DNA of 32,368 nucleotides, from the IMG/VR virus record IMGVR_UViG_3300020045_009519, positions 1 through 32,368 of that record; one strand, given 5' to 3'. The position numbers were made by a program, and so were the translations under genes. This DNA comes from a virus. Its lineage: Duplodnaviria; Caudoviricetes. The notes beneath the pieces are model-generated. The model was not told the origin of the DNA. It saw only the letters and a list, made by a program, of their open reading frames with translations, and did no database searches. The first letter of the stretch is position 1. Every line of letters starts with the position of its first letter. Of this stretch, positions 24,963 through 32,368 are shown piece by piece.

Positions 24963-26272
24963 ACTATTGGTTTTTTTAATTCAAAAATCATTCTCATTAA
25001 TAAGCTGTCAAAGAAGTCAGGAGATTTTCCAGTTCGTTTTTTATGTTCGGACTTCTTTTCGAGCTTTATTTTTCCTTCTGCGTCCATTGGTTCACGGCAA
25101 ATACTTTCAAGGTCTGACATGATTTGCTTGAAGAAGTCATGGCACTCAATGAATATTTCTCCGTTATTAATCATATCTCTCAACAAAAACGCACACTCGG
25201 TTTTCAGGTTGTAATAATTTGCGCTTTTGATAGGTTTTGAATTGTTCACAAACGCCCTAGCTGAATTTAATTTTTTCAAGCTATTCGCCGTGAATTTTCG
25301 CAATCCGTCAGAATCATAAACTATATTTGAAAATGGAACATTATACTGATTCGCCAATTCAATTAATTTTGCACCTATGGCGGTTTCATCAATCTTGTCA
25401 ATAGCAATAACTTTTTCTACTCTGAATCCATTCCAAATAGTAATGACAAAAGTATCAGCACCCAAATAGGCAATATCAGCAGAAAGATAGCGTTTACCAT
25501 TTCCATTAATGAAAGCGTTTGTAAATATATCACAAATTTTGTCATAATCAAAAAGAGCAAGTGGATTGTCTTCATATTCAAAGTTCCCATAAATTAAACG
25601 CTGTATTGTTTGTTCTTCTCCAGTCAATAGAATATCCTGAATATACGCCTTCACTTCAGGGCTAGGATTATCAGACGGCAAGGCGTGAATGAATTTCTTA
25701 CTCACGGTTTCTTTTTTGTCCTTAAATGGCTTATAATATCTATCGTAAACGTGAGTTTTTGCAGAGTTAAAACATTCCAGCATCTTCTTTGTTATGCCGT
25801 ATTTGTCGTTATTACAACGCCCTAACCTAGTAAAAAGAACGTCAATCGCTTTTCTGTCTGTTTCTGAACTTTCATCAATGGCGCAACCAGTCAATTCTAA
25901 ACCACCAAATCTTTCAAATAGCGGGTCACTTGGTTTATACGCTGTATCAATCAAATATATTACGCTCTCGTTGTTAAAAACAATCTTATTAAGCTGCTGA
26001 TTATATGTGTAATGAACATCTACTACAAGATTTGCCTCTTTAAATACCTTGAAAAGCGTTATCAATGTGGTTTTCTTTAGCGTAATCAATTCTTTTCTAC
26101 CCAAACCCCAAGCAGTACCCGAATAAGTTTGAGCCATGTAGGTTAGCCAATAGCACATCAAATAAGATTTGCCTGAAAAAGCCCCGCCACCATAACCAAC
26201 AAAGAGCGTGACTTTGTCTGATAACAAACGCCACGCCCTAGACTGCTTTATTGATAGGTGTATTTTATTCAT
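24953..26272 (-). CDS. terL: Terminase large subunit
   Basis: Walker A GYGGGAFSGKS, Walker B CAIDES, RNase-H-like nuclease LSADIA...GKSPDFFDSLLMR. Confidence 0.95.
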   Translation of the reverse strand: MNKIHLSIKQSRAWRLLSDKVTLFVGYGGGAFSGKSYLMCYWLTYMAQTYSGTAWGLGRKELITLKKTTLITLFKVFKEANLVVDVHYTYNQQLNKIVFNNESVIYLIDTAYKPSDPLFERFGGLELTGCAIDESSETDRKAIDVLFTRLGRCNNDKYGITKKMLECFNSAKTHVYDRYYKPFKDKKETVSKKFIHALPSDNPSPEVKAYIQDILLTGEEQTIQRLIYGNFEYEDNPLALFDYDKICDIFTNAFINGNGKRYLSADIAYLGADTFVITIWNGFRVEKVIAIDKIDETAIGAKLIELANQYNVPFSNIVYDSDGLRKFTANSLKKLNSARAFVNNSKPIKSANYYNLKTECAFLLRDMINNGEIFIECHDFFKQIMSDLESICREPMDAEGKIKLEKKSEHKKRTGKSPDFFDSLLMRMIFELKKPIVWY

Positions 26273-26764
26273 TTATTCTTTTAATTCTTCGTTAGAAGCT
26301 GGTTCAATTTGTGATTCAGGCGATGAATCTAATATAATTTGAAAAGTAGGCGATGCCAATTTTTCGCCGTCTGTCGTTATGTCAGTTTTGTCAGTCAAAC
26401 CGTTTAATCTTTGCGTTATGCTAGGATTGAAAACGCCAAGTAAACCGCCAGTAATCTGATTTGCTCTGATTTCTTGCTTTATATACGAACAGATAGGCAC
26501 AAAGTCCTCATAAAGTTTGTCTTTATTTTTAAAATATTGGTGTATCGTTCCGTATCTGCTGTAACAAAAAACACAAAATCCGTCAAATGTTAAAGGTAAT
26601 TTGTATTCATCTTCAACTCTATCAGCATCTTTTCCTACGTACTGAACTTTCATCCATTCTTTAGCCTCTACCTTTAAATTTTCCTTGTAATCCTGAAAAG
26701 CTGAATATAATTGTTCAGGTGTTTCAAAAATTCTAGTAGGGTGTATATTTCCATTCTTTGCCAT
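26273..26764 (-). CDS. terS: Terminase small subunit (P22 gp3-like DNA-packaging protein)
   Basis: RIFETPEQL...PLTFDGFC...GVFNPSITQRLNGL motifs; abuts terL. Confidence 0.85.
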   Translation of the reverse strand: MAKNGNIHPTRIFETPEQLYSAFQDYKENLKVEAKEWMKVQYVGKDADRVEDEYKLPLTFDGFCVFCYSRYGTIHQYFKNKDKLYEDFVPICSYIKQEIRANQITGGLLGVFNPSITQRLNGLTDKTDITTDGEKLASPTFQIILDSSPESQIEPASNEELKE

Positions 26765-26782
26765 GTCTAAATTAATTTATTA

Positions 26783-26790
26783 CAAATCTA
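26783..26790 (-). promoter_or_regulatory. Putative -7 promoter box for the packaging/tail operon
   Basis: TAGATTTG on the minus strand, 18 nt upstream of the terS ATG. Confidence 0.55.
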
Positions 26791-26814
26791 GTTAAAAATA
26801 TTATATTTTAAAAT

Positions 26815-27507
26815 TTATTTCTCTGGAACTTCTGTTGTAGTCGAACCGTTAAAATGAACTTCTTTTTTTGAATCTATATTTTTTTTGTAAAATCCTGAAT
26901 AATCATTTGTAAATAAAATTTCAAATCCTTCTATTTTGTCAAATCCGTCAGACATGAATTCAAAAACTGTACTTCTGAATTTATCTATATTTTCAGGAGA
27001 AACCAAATTTTCCAAAACCTGAATTTCAGATTCTTCTAAATCGTAAAGGAAATTAAAAACATTCATTTTATATTCTAAATCTTTTCTTGTCATACCTCTT
27101 GAAAATTCTGTTGATTTGTCTTCAAGGATAGCCCAAATTATTTTCTGAAATTCATCCAGCGACCTGAACACGAAAACTCTGAATCCGTGACTGTCTAAAA
27201 TTTGATGAATTTTCTTCTGTTCTTTTGAAACAATTCCTTGAGGTGTTTTACATTCAAGAAAAAAAGTTCTTCTCCAAAAATGAAACTCTAAATCAGGCAC
27301 ACCAGCAACAACGCCCATAGCTTTAAAGTTAGCCGCCTCAATTGGGTTTCTTTTCCCGCCATTGGGTACATGATACATAAGCCCCCTTAATGCTGGGAAA
27401 TTATTATGAAACCATTGGAAACAATCTGACTGAATTCTGCCTTCAGATTGAATTGATTCTTTTACTACTTCTTGAATAGAATCTTCTAAATCGATTTGAT
27501 TAGCCAT
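26815..27507 (-). CDS. VRR-NUC domain nuclease (PD-(D/E)XK, resolvase-like) with C-terminal extension
   Basis: EGRIQ...HVPNGG...GVVAGVPDL...LECKT...Q motifs. Confidence 0.88.
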   Translation of the reverse strand: MANQIDLEDSIQEVVKESIQSEGRIQSDCFQWFHNNFPALRGLMYHVPNGGKRNPIEAANFKAMGVVAGVPDLEFHFWRRTFFLECKTPQGIVSKEQKKIHQILDSHGFRVFVFRSLDEFQKIIWAILEDKSTEFSRGMTRKDLEYKMNVFNFLYDLEESEIQVLENLVSPENIDKFRSTVFEFMSDGFDKIEGFEILFTNDYSGFYKKNIDSKKEVHFNGSTTTEVPEK

Positions 27508-27535
27508 AATTTTAAATTTTAAGTTATTATTTTAT

Positions 27536-27823
27536 AAAAGTGGAACACTTAATTTTTAGCGTTCCAGTTAGCGTTCCAGTATTAAAAACCTTGTTAACCC
27601 TTTATTTTATTAATATTATTTATTTATTTATTTATTTATATTATAGTAATGGAACACTGGAACGCTGACTTCCTATTAATAAACAAAAATGCAAAAGTGA
27701 GCCTTTTTTGTATCTTTTTGCCAACACATGCAAATCTTGTGTTCCAGTGTTCCAGTATTACTTAACTAATTGATTTTAAACGTATTAAAGTGGAACACAA
27801 AATATTTTCAATGTTCCACTTTA
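27536..27823. promoter_or_regulatory. Putative replication origin: nine TGGAAC(A/G) iterons around an AT-rich core
   Basis: Copies at 27541, 27650, 27658, 27791 (+) and 27559, 27571, 27739, 27747, 27811 (-); (TTTA)n tract within 27601-27649; directly downstream of the VapE gene. Confidence 0.75.
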
Positions 27824-27824
27824 T

Positions 27825-29324
27825 CTAAAATTTGAATTCTTTTTGTTTTGGTGCTTTTTTTGGTTCAGGTTTTACTTCTTCTTCTAATTTGTATTCAGAA
27901 AAGAATAAAGGCTTCACATAATATCCACGTGTTTTATGTCCGTTTATTCTCGCTGTGCTTCTTTCGAATCCTAATTGAATCATTGACTTGCTTATGAATT
28001 TTGCATTTAGAGTTTTGCCTAGAAACTTTTCCTGAAGTGTGATAAGTATGTCAGGATTAGAATAGAACATTGCCTTGCTGTCTTCTTTTTTTACAACCTC
28101 AAAACATTGCTTTATCAAATCCTTTTCAATGTCCGTAATTTCAAAGTTTTTGTTCATTGCGTCACGCTCTTTCATTTCTTCAAGAGTAAGATTTTGATTA
28201 AATTCTTTGTCATGGTACAGAGCAAAAGCTTGCGCCCAAACTTTAGAAATGTCAACTTCTTTTTTATAGTTCCAGTCGATGTCTTCAACATTGATACAAA
28301 GCCAGCGTGTGTTTTCAGAATCTGTCAAAAATTCATCCTTATTGGTTGAGGCAAAGAAATTGCATCGTCTAGGTTGTTCTTCAGGGTTTACTTCAAATGC
28401 TTTACGTTCTTTAATCATTGACATCGAAATAACAGATTTCAAATGATTCACATCTAAATTAGACAGAGAAGCCAATTCTTCAAGATTATAAATGAAATTT
28501 TCAGAGAATGAAAAATAAGTGTCTTTATTGTCTCGAATAGGTGCCTCGGTGTAATACCTTGTTCCAAATGGATTTAAAAACCTGATGAATGTACTTTTAC
28601 CTTTCTCTTGCTTTTCGCCTATTAAAACGTAAACAAATCTATTTTCTACACCGTACAAAGAACAGCCTATTGAACGCACAAGCATTTTACGAAATTGATT
28701 GACGTGAAACTTTTGATTAGTTGCTTTGATATAATTCGCCAGTTTTCCTATGTGGTCTGTTTCATAATCCCATTCTTCAAGATTTGTGAAATAATCAACG
28801 AAAGCATTATAAGACTTCATAAAATCAGACTTCAAAAGTGATTTCAATTTTTCCATTGAGAAACGAAAATTTGCATGCTGTAACTTTCTGTAAATAGAAT
28901 GTTCGTTTAGCTTCTCGAAATCTTTGCTGCTTTTGGCTGGTCTGTATTCTGTTCTTTGTGTAATTTCGTTTTTGACGAACTCCCAATTTTGTTTCAGGAA
29001 ATATTCAACTTTATAAATTTCAGGCTTGTCATCTATTCCGAACGCTTCCTTGTTTTGTTCAAATATTTTCTTAAACACTTTTTCTACTTTCTCTTTTGAA
29101 AGAAGCAGACGTTCGCATAAATGAAGTATATCGGTTGAAGAATATTCACGCCCGATTCTATTAATCATGTGTGCATGAGAATAGACGTCACGCCATGCAC
29201 TTTTTTCTTGTTCGTTCCTTGCTTCTACAAGTTCAGGCTCTTCGTCAAATGGTAAATATTTTTGCTCAAATATGAAGTCATCTTTTAAAAAATCCCCTTC
29301 AGTTATATCTTTTTTCTTACTCAT
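27825..29324 (-). CDS. VapE/VirE-family P-loop ATPase (replicative helicase/initiator)
   Basis: LIGEKQEKGKSTF Walker A, YNLEEL Walker B, RRCNFFASTN...FLTDSENTRW VirE motifs. Confidence 0.88.
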   Translation of the reverse strand: MSKKKDITEGDFLKDDFIFEQKYLPFDEEPELVEARNEQEKSAWRDVYSHAHMINRIGREYSSTDILHLCERLLLSKEKVEKVFKKIFEQNKEAFGIDDKPEIYKVEYFLKQNWEFVKNEITQRTEYRPAKSSKDFEKLNEHSIYRKLQHANFRFSMEKLKSLLKSDFMKSYNAFVDYFTNLEEWDYETDHIGKLANYIKATNQKFHVNQFRKMLVRSIGCSLYGVENRFVYVLIGEKQEKGKSTFIRFLNPFGTRYYTEAPIRDNKDTYFSFSENFIYNLEELASLSNLDVNHLKSVISMSMIKERKAFEVNPEEQPRRCNFFASTNKDEFLTDSENTRWLCINVEDIDWNYKKEVDISKVWAQAFALYHDKEFNQNLTLEEMKERDAMNKNFEITDIEKDLIKQCFEVVKKEDSKAMFYSNPDILITLQEKFLGKTLNAKFISKSMIQLGFERSTARINGHKTRGYYVKPLFFSEYKLEEEVKPEPKKAPKQKEFKF

Positions 29325-30225
29325 TACTTAAAAATAATTGTGATTGCATACCGATATTGATTGCACTTTTAGCCGTTTTTTGATAACCTTCAACGCCTTT
29401 ACGAAGGTATGAATTATTTGCAATTAAACTATTAATAAAATTTTCAGCTTCTACTTGGTCAATGTAACCAGTCGCTACATATCCGCCCAAAGTCACAGCT
29501 GCTGCTCTGATTTGTGGGTGTCCTGTATCTACAATTTTATCAACTGCTGACATGATAATTTTTTGAACTATGGCTTTGTCTCTGTCTGTTGAATCTATTT
29601 TAACAGGTGCTACATTTGAAGCTTTGAATTCATCTTTCTTTTTTCCTTTTGTATTCCATTCAGTAGGATTTTCACGAAATAATAAATCAGGGTCGTAAGA
29701 TAAAAACAAAGGCAAAATGCAGTTCTGTCCTGTTCCGTCGAATCCTTTATACTTTTCCATTTCTAAACCTATTCCGTAGAAGTAGCTTTTGAATTCGTCT
29801 GTCGAACTTACAACAGGAATCTTGACTATAAATTTAACACCTTTTTTAGAAGGAGAAATTATCGCTGCAATTATACAACTATATTTCTCAAATAAAAAAT
29901 ATTTGAATTCTTCTGCGTTTTCAATGTGGTCAAAATCTAAAACCAAAAGACCAGTAAAAAATTCAATATCTACGTACTTACGACCATGACCGTTTGAGTA
30001 AACGCAAGGTGTAAAATAGTAAAGATTATTCTGTTTAATAGTCGATTTTCTTTTTAAGTTTCCGTATTTCTCACAAATTGAAATCAATCTGAATACTCTT
30101 TTTAATCTATCATTTGGCTGTGAATTTGCTTTTAACATTTCAAATAACGTAACAATCCCGAGCGGTTTTTTAGATTCCACTCGGGCTGGATAATATTGAA
30201 ATTTAATTTCTTCTAAACTAAACAT
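29317..30225 (-). CDS. VirE_N / BT4734-like primase (AEP superfamily) with helical C-terminal domain
   Basis: K...LYYFTP, TGLLVLDFDH, ISPSKKGVK and FLSYDP motifs; overlaps the VapE start. Confidence 0.8.
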   Translation of the reverse strand: MFSLEEIKFQYYPARVESKKPLGIVTLFEMLKANSQPNDRLKRVFRLISICEKYGNLKRKSTIKQNNLYYFTPCVYSNGHGRKYVDIEFFTGLLVLDFDHIENAEEFKYFLFEKYSCIIAAIISPSKKGVKFIVKIPVVSSTDEFKSYFYGIGLEMEKYKGFDGTGQNCILPLFLSYDPDLLFRENPTEWNTKGKKKDEFKASNVAPVKIDSTDRDKAIVQKIIMSAVDKIVDTGHPQIRAAAVTLGGYVATGYIDQVEAENFINSLIANNSYLRKGVEGYQKTAKSAINIGMQSQLFLSNE

Positions 30226-30227
30226 GA

Positions 30228-31256
30228 TTAATCAATTCCTAAATATTCAAATACTTTTTTCATATCTACAACACTCATTAAGGCTTTATATATTTTTTGA
30301 TGAGTTATTTTCAATCTGTCAAACCTACCTTTTATTTGCTTAGGATTTCCAATCAAACAGAATATACATCCTGTTCTTTTTTCTCCTTCTACTTTTATTA
30401 TGGTTAAAGTTCCGTCATTTTCTAAAAATTCAACTTCTCTATCATAATAAACTTCTGCAAATTTTATATTAAAATGATTGTGATAATCCCAAATATCATT
30501 TTCAGTCCATATTGATAAAGGTCTGCTCATAGGTTTAGAACCAAATGAATTACAGCCAGTCTGCATATAGGATATTCTTCTCATATCACTTTCTTGCGCT
30601 GTAGTGGCTGTAATAGGTTTTTTACCAGTTAATTTTTCGTACCTATGAAAAGGTTCTTTTTTAAAAATATCACAACATTTTCCACTTACTTGAAATGGAG
30701 CATTTATCAATGGTTTCCAAATATTAGCAAGTTTAAAAGATTTTGATATTGAACCGTCTGACTTTATTCCTGTTAGGTATAAATTTATACTATTTGTGTT
30801 TTTTCCTGTTGGGTTTCTAATATCAGAAATCATTCTTGAAGTCTTTTTACTTCCTATTAAAAAACCTACATTAATAACAACATCAGTCCAAAGTCTTTTT
30901 GGCTTTAACCAAACAGTATTTTCAAACTTCTTTACATGACTTCTTATTTCAGGAAATTCTAAACCAGTATCACAAAAAACTCTAACTGGTTTATTATCTG
31001 AATTTATTTTTAAATAATTTTTTAAATATAAATATTCAAATTTCAAATAAATATCTAATTTACCATCATGCAGTTTGTCTATTAAATCTCCTAATATTTG
31101 TGAATCTTTTCCACCTGAAAAAGACAAGTAAACATTTCCTTTATATACTTCAAAATAATCAATATAAGTTTCTAAAGTATGAGATATTTTTTCTCCTAAA
31201 GACAATGATTGTCTTTTAATCAATTCATTTCTATCTATGATTATTTTTGAATTCAT
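30228..31256 (-). CDS. Phosphoadenosine phosphosulfate (PAPS) reductase-family PP-loop protein
   Basis: VYLSFSGGKDS, DTGLEFPE, CCDIFKKEP, RPLSIWT and RTGCIFC (Fe-S-type CC/CxxC). Confidence 0.9.
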   Translation of the reverse strand: MNSKIIIDRNELIKRQSLSLGEKISHTLETYIDYFEVYKGNVYLSFSGGKDSQILGDLIDKLHDGKLDIYLKFEYLYLKNYLKINSDNKPVRVFCDTGLEFPEIRSHVKKFENTVWLKPKRLWTDVVINVGFLIGSKKTSRMISDIRNPTGKNTNSINLYLTGIKSDGSISKSFKLANIWKPLINAPFQVSGKCCDIFKKEPFHRYEKLTGKKPITATTAQESDMRRISYMQTGCNSFGSKPMSRPLSIWTENDIWDYHNHFNIKFAEVYYDREVEFLENDGTLTIIKVEGEKRTGCIFCLIGNPKQIKGRFDRLKITHQKIYKALMSVVDMKKVFEYLGID

Positions 31257-31594
31257 TAGTTTACTGTTTTAAGTTCAATATTAAAATTCAAATTTTCATA
31301 CAAATTAGGATTCTCTTTGCACGAAATAATAATTTCGTTAATAGGAGAAGGATAGAAATTTTTAACTCCGTAGAAAGTAGCACCGTCGCCAAATACAATT
31401 TCGGTCATGCTATTTTCTTTTCCGTAAGTTACTCTGAAATAATCATTCAAAGTTCTTATAAAATATTCCGGAATAAAAACCATGATTTCACAAGGTCTTT
31501 GACTTTTTGATTGAACCATTTTTTCAATCTGAAATCTGCACTCTTTAAGAATTGCTTCGATTTCGTCACGTGTGTATTTTTTTAAGAAGTCCAT
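31256..31594 (-). CDS. Hypothetical phage protein
   Basis: 112-aa ORF, TAATG-coupled to the PAPS-family gene. Confidence 0.7.
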   Translation of the reverse strand: MDFLKKYTRDEIEAILKECRFQIEKMVQSKSQRPCEIMVFIPEYFIRTLNDYFRVTYGKENSMTEIVFGDGATFYGVKNFYPSPINEIIISCKENPNLYENLNFNIELKTVN

Positions 31595-31791
31595 TTTTCA
31601 GATGCTTTTAAAACTATATTAATATTATTAAAAAGAATTATTAAATTTTCTTTAGATAAAGAAATTTCATTTCCGTCATGGTTTATTATAGACCAATCTG
31701 TACCATCTTCTTCACGCTCTAAGGTAACGGACTGAACACAGTCGTTACCTATAGCATTTTTTACTTGTTGTTTTTCTGAAACCTTATACAT
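31582..31791 (-). CDS. Hypothetical phage protein
   Basis: 69-aa ORF overlapping both neighbours. Confidence 0.65.
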   Translation of the reverse strand: MYKVSEKQQVKNAIGNDCVQSVTLEREEDGTDWSIINHDGNEISLSKENLIILFNNINIVLKASEKWTS

Positions 31792-32368
31792 TGAAAAAAG
31801 TATTAATTACGCTTTCAACTTCTTTTTCAGATTTAAAAAACAAATTCTTTAAATTAGGTGCGCAAATATTACCACATTCTTTTGCACTCATTTCGTTGTA
31901 TTTATCTTTTTCAAAAATTTGAATCCAACCAGCAACACAATGAGTAGTTCCGCAAGTCACAACTTCTTCTACTGTTTGATTTTTCCAGTTATCATTTTCG
32001 TGCCAAGTACTCATTACTAATTTATCACTTGAAATAATAGGTTTTAATTTTTTCAAATATTCAACTTCTTTTTCAGTAAGTTCTAAATAAGTTCCTTTTT
32101 CAAATGTATCTTTTTTAAATTCATAGCCTATTTCTTTTAATTTTTCCATAAACAATGGGGCTGTGAATGTAGCACCTTCTTGAACGTCAACATAACCTGA
32201 TACTTCTGTTAAAGCTGGGGCTGTGAATGTAGCACCTTGACGAACGTAAACATAACCTGATTTTTGTAAAGCTGGGGCTGTGAATGTAGCACCTTCTTGA
32301 ACGTAAACAGAACCTGATACTTCTGTTAAAGCTGGGGCTGTGAATGTAGCACCTTCTTGAACGTAAAC
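31784..32368 (-). CDS. C-terminal part of the tandem-repeat protein, with MxxWH...CGTTHCxAGW domain
   Basis: The frame is open from 32368 to the stop at 31784 (195 codons): VYVQEGATFTAPAL...ATFTAPLFMEKLKE...MSTWH...TCGTTHCVAGW. Confidence 0.85.
   Translation of the reverse strand, partial: VYVQEGATFTAPALTEVSGSVYVQEGATFTAPALQKSGYVYVRQGATFTAPALTEVSGYVDVQEGATFTAPLFMEKLKEIGYEFKKDTFEKGTYLELTEKEVEYLKKLKPIISSDKLVMSTWHENDNWKNQTVEEVVTCGTTHCVAGWIQIFEKDKYNEMSAKECGNICAPNLKNLFFKSEKEVESVINTFFNV
32156..32368. repeat. Coding tandem repeat, 57/60-nt units (right part)
   Basis: Same units as 56-222; four copies of the ggggctgtgaatgtagcacctt core. Confidence 0.95.

Larger units (their letters stand above)
1..32368. 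mobile_element. Near-complete circularisable tailed phage genome (siphovirus-like, probable Bacteroidota/Flavobacteriaceae host)
   Basis: Has terminase, portal, protease, capsid, tape measure, tailspike, lysis and replication modules with no host housekeeping genes. Ends overlap (56-85 = 32339-32368). Bacteroidota-type TAnnTTTG promoter boxes are present. Confidence 0.93.

Noticed and set aside
27786-27823. Rho-independent terminator after VapE
   Set aside because: The arms are iteron copies, the loop is 14 nt and there is no clear U-tract; it is better explained as part of the origin, though a dual role is possible.
27508-27824. tRNA or structured ncRNA in the largest intergenic gap
   Set aside because: No cloverleaf or T-loop context around the GTTC motifs; the pattern is short iterons plus an AT tract.
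30228-31256. Auxiliary metabolic cysH for sulfate assimilation
   Set aside because: The family match is clear, but there is no sulfur-pathway context and it sits in the replication operon; no gene symbol assigned.
32156-32368. CRISPR-like array (about 25-nt constant core with about 35-nt intervals), also at 56-222
   Set aside because: The intervals are near-identical to each other, unit lengths are multiples of 3, the array is an open reading frame, and there are no cas genes.

Overview
This AT-rich window (roughly 30% GC by eye, not computed) appears to be an essentially complete, circularisable tailed-phage genome. Its TAnnTTTG promoter boxes and protein families point to a Bacteroidota host, probably Flavobacteriaceae-like. 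It is siphovirus-like: there is a ~890-aa tape measure protein and no sheath. The two ends overlap inside a 57/60-nt coding tandem repeat: 56-85 equals 32339-32368, and 1-55 is a noisy copy of 32284-32338. This gives a minimal circle of about 32,283 bp and joins the two end ORFs into one protein of at least 259 aa. Most genes lie on the minus strand in this order: repeat protein, PAPS-reductase-family protein, VirE_N-type primase, VapE/VirE ATPase, iteron-rich putative origin, VRR-NUC, terminase small and large subunits, tail/neck genes, tape measure, ClpP-like protease, scaffold, capsid, major tail, portal, adaptor, beta-helix tailspike, holin, CHAP endolysin and two spanin-like proteins. A second leftward unit (5016-366) carries an SF2 helicase, a PolB-like 3'-5' exonuclease and an HNH-like nuclease. 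One rightward operon (5139-8383) carries an SSB-like protein, an Nmad5-like protein, an SMC/Rad50-like ATPase and small ORFs. I recognised no integrase, canonical repressor, DNA polymerase, RT, tRNA or CRISPR. The most notable items are: an unannotated 45-aa ORF resembling the polymerase-binding C-terminus of DnaX/tau; a shared 27-bp element upstream of two early promoters; an in-frame TGA in the first rightward gene; a 9-iteron origin; the junction-spanning repeat protein; and strong apparent GATC depletion. All family assignments come from motif recognition, with no database searches.
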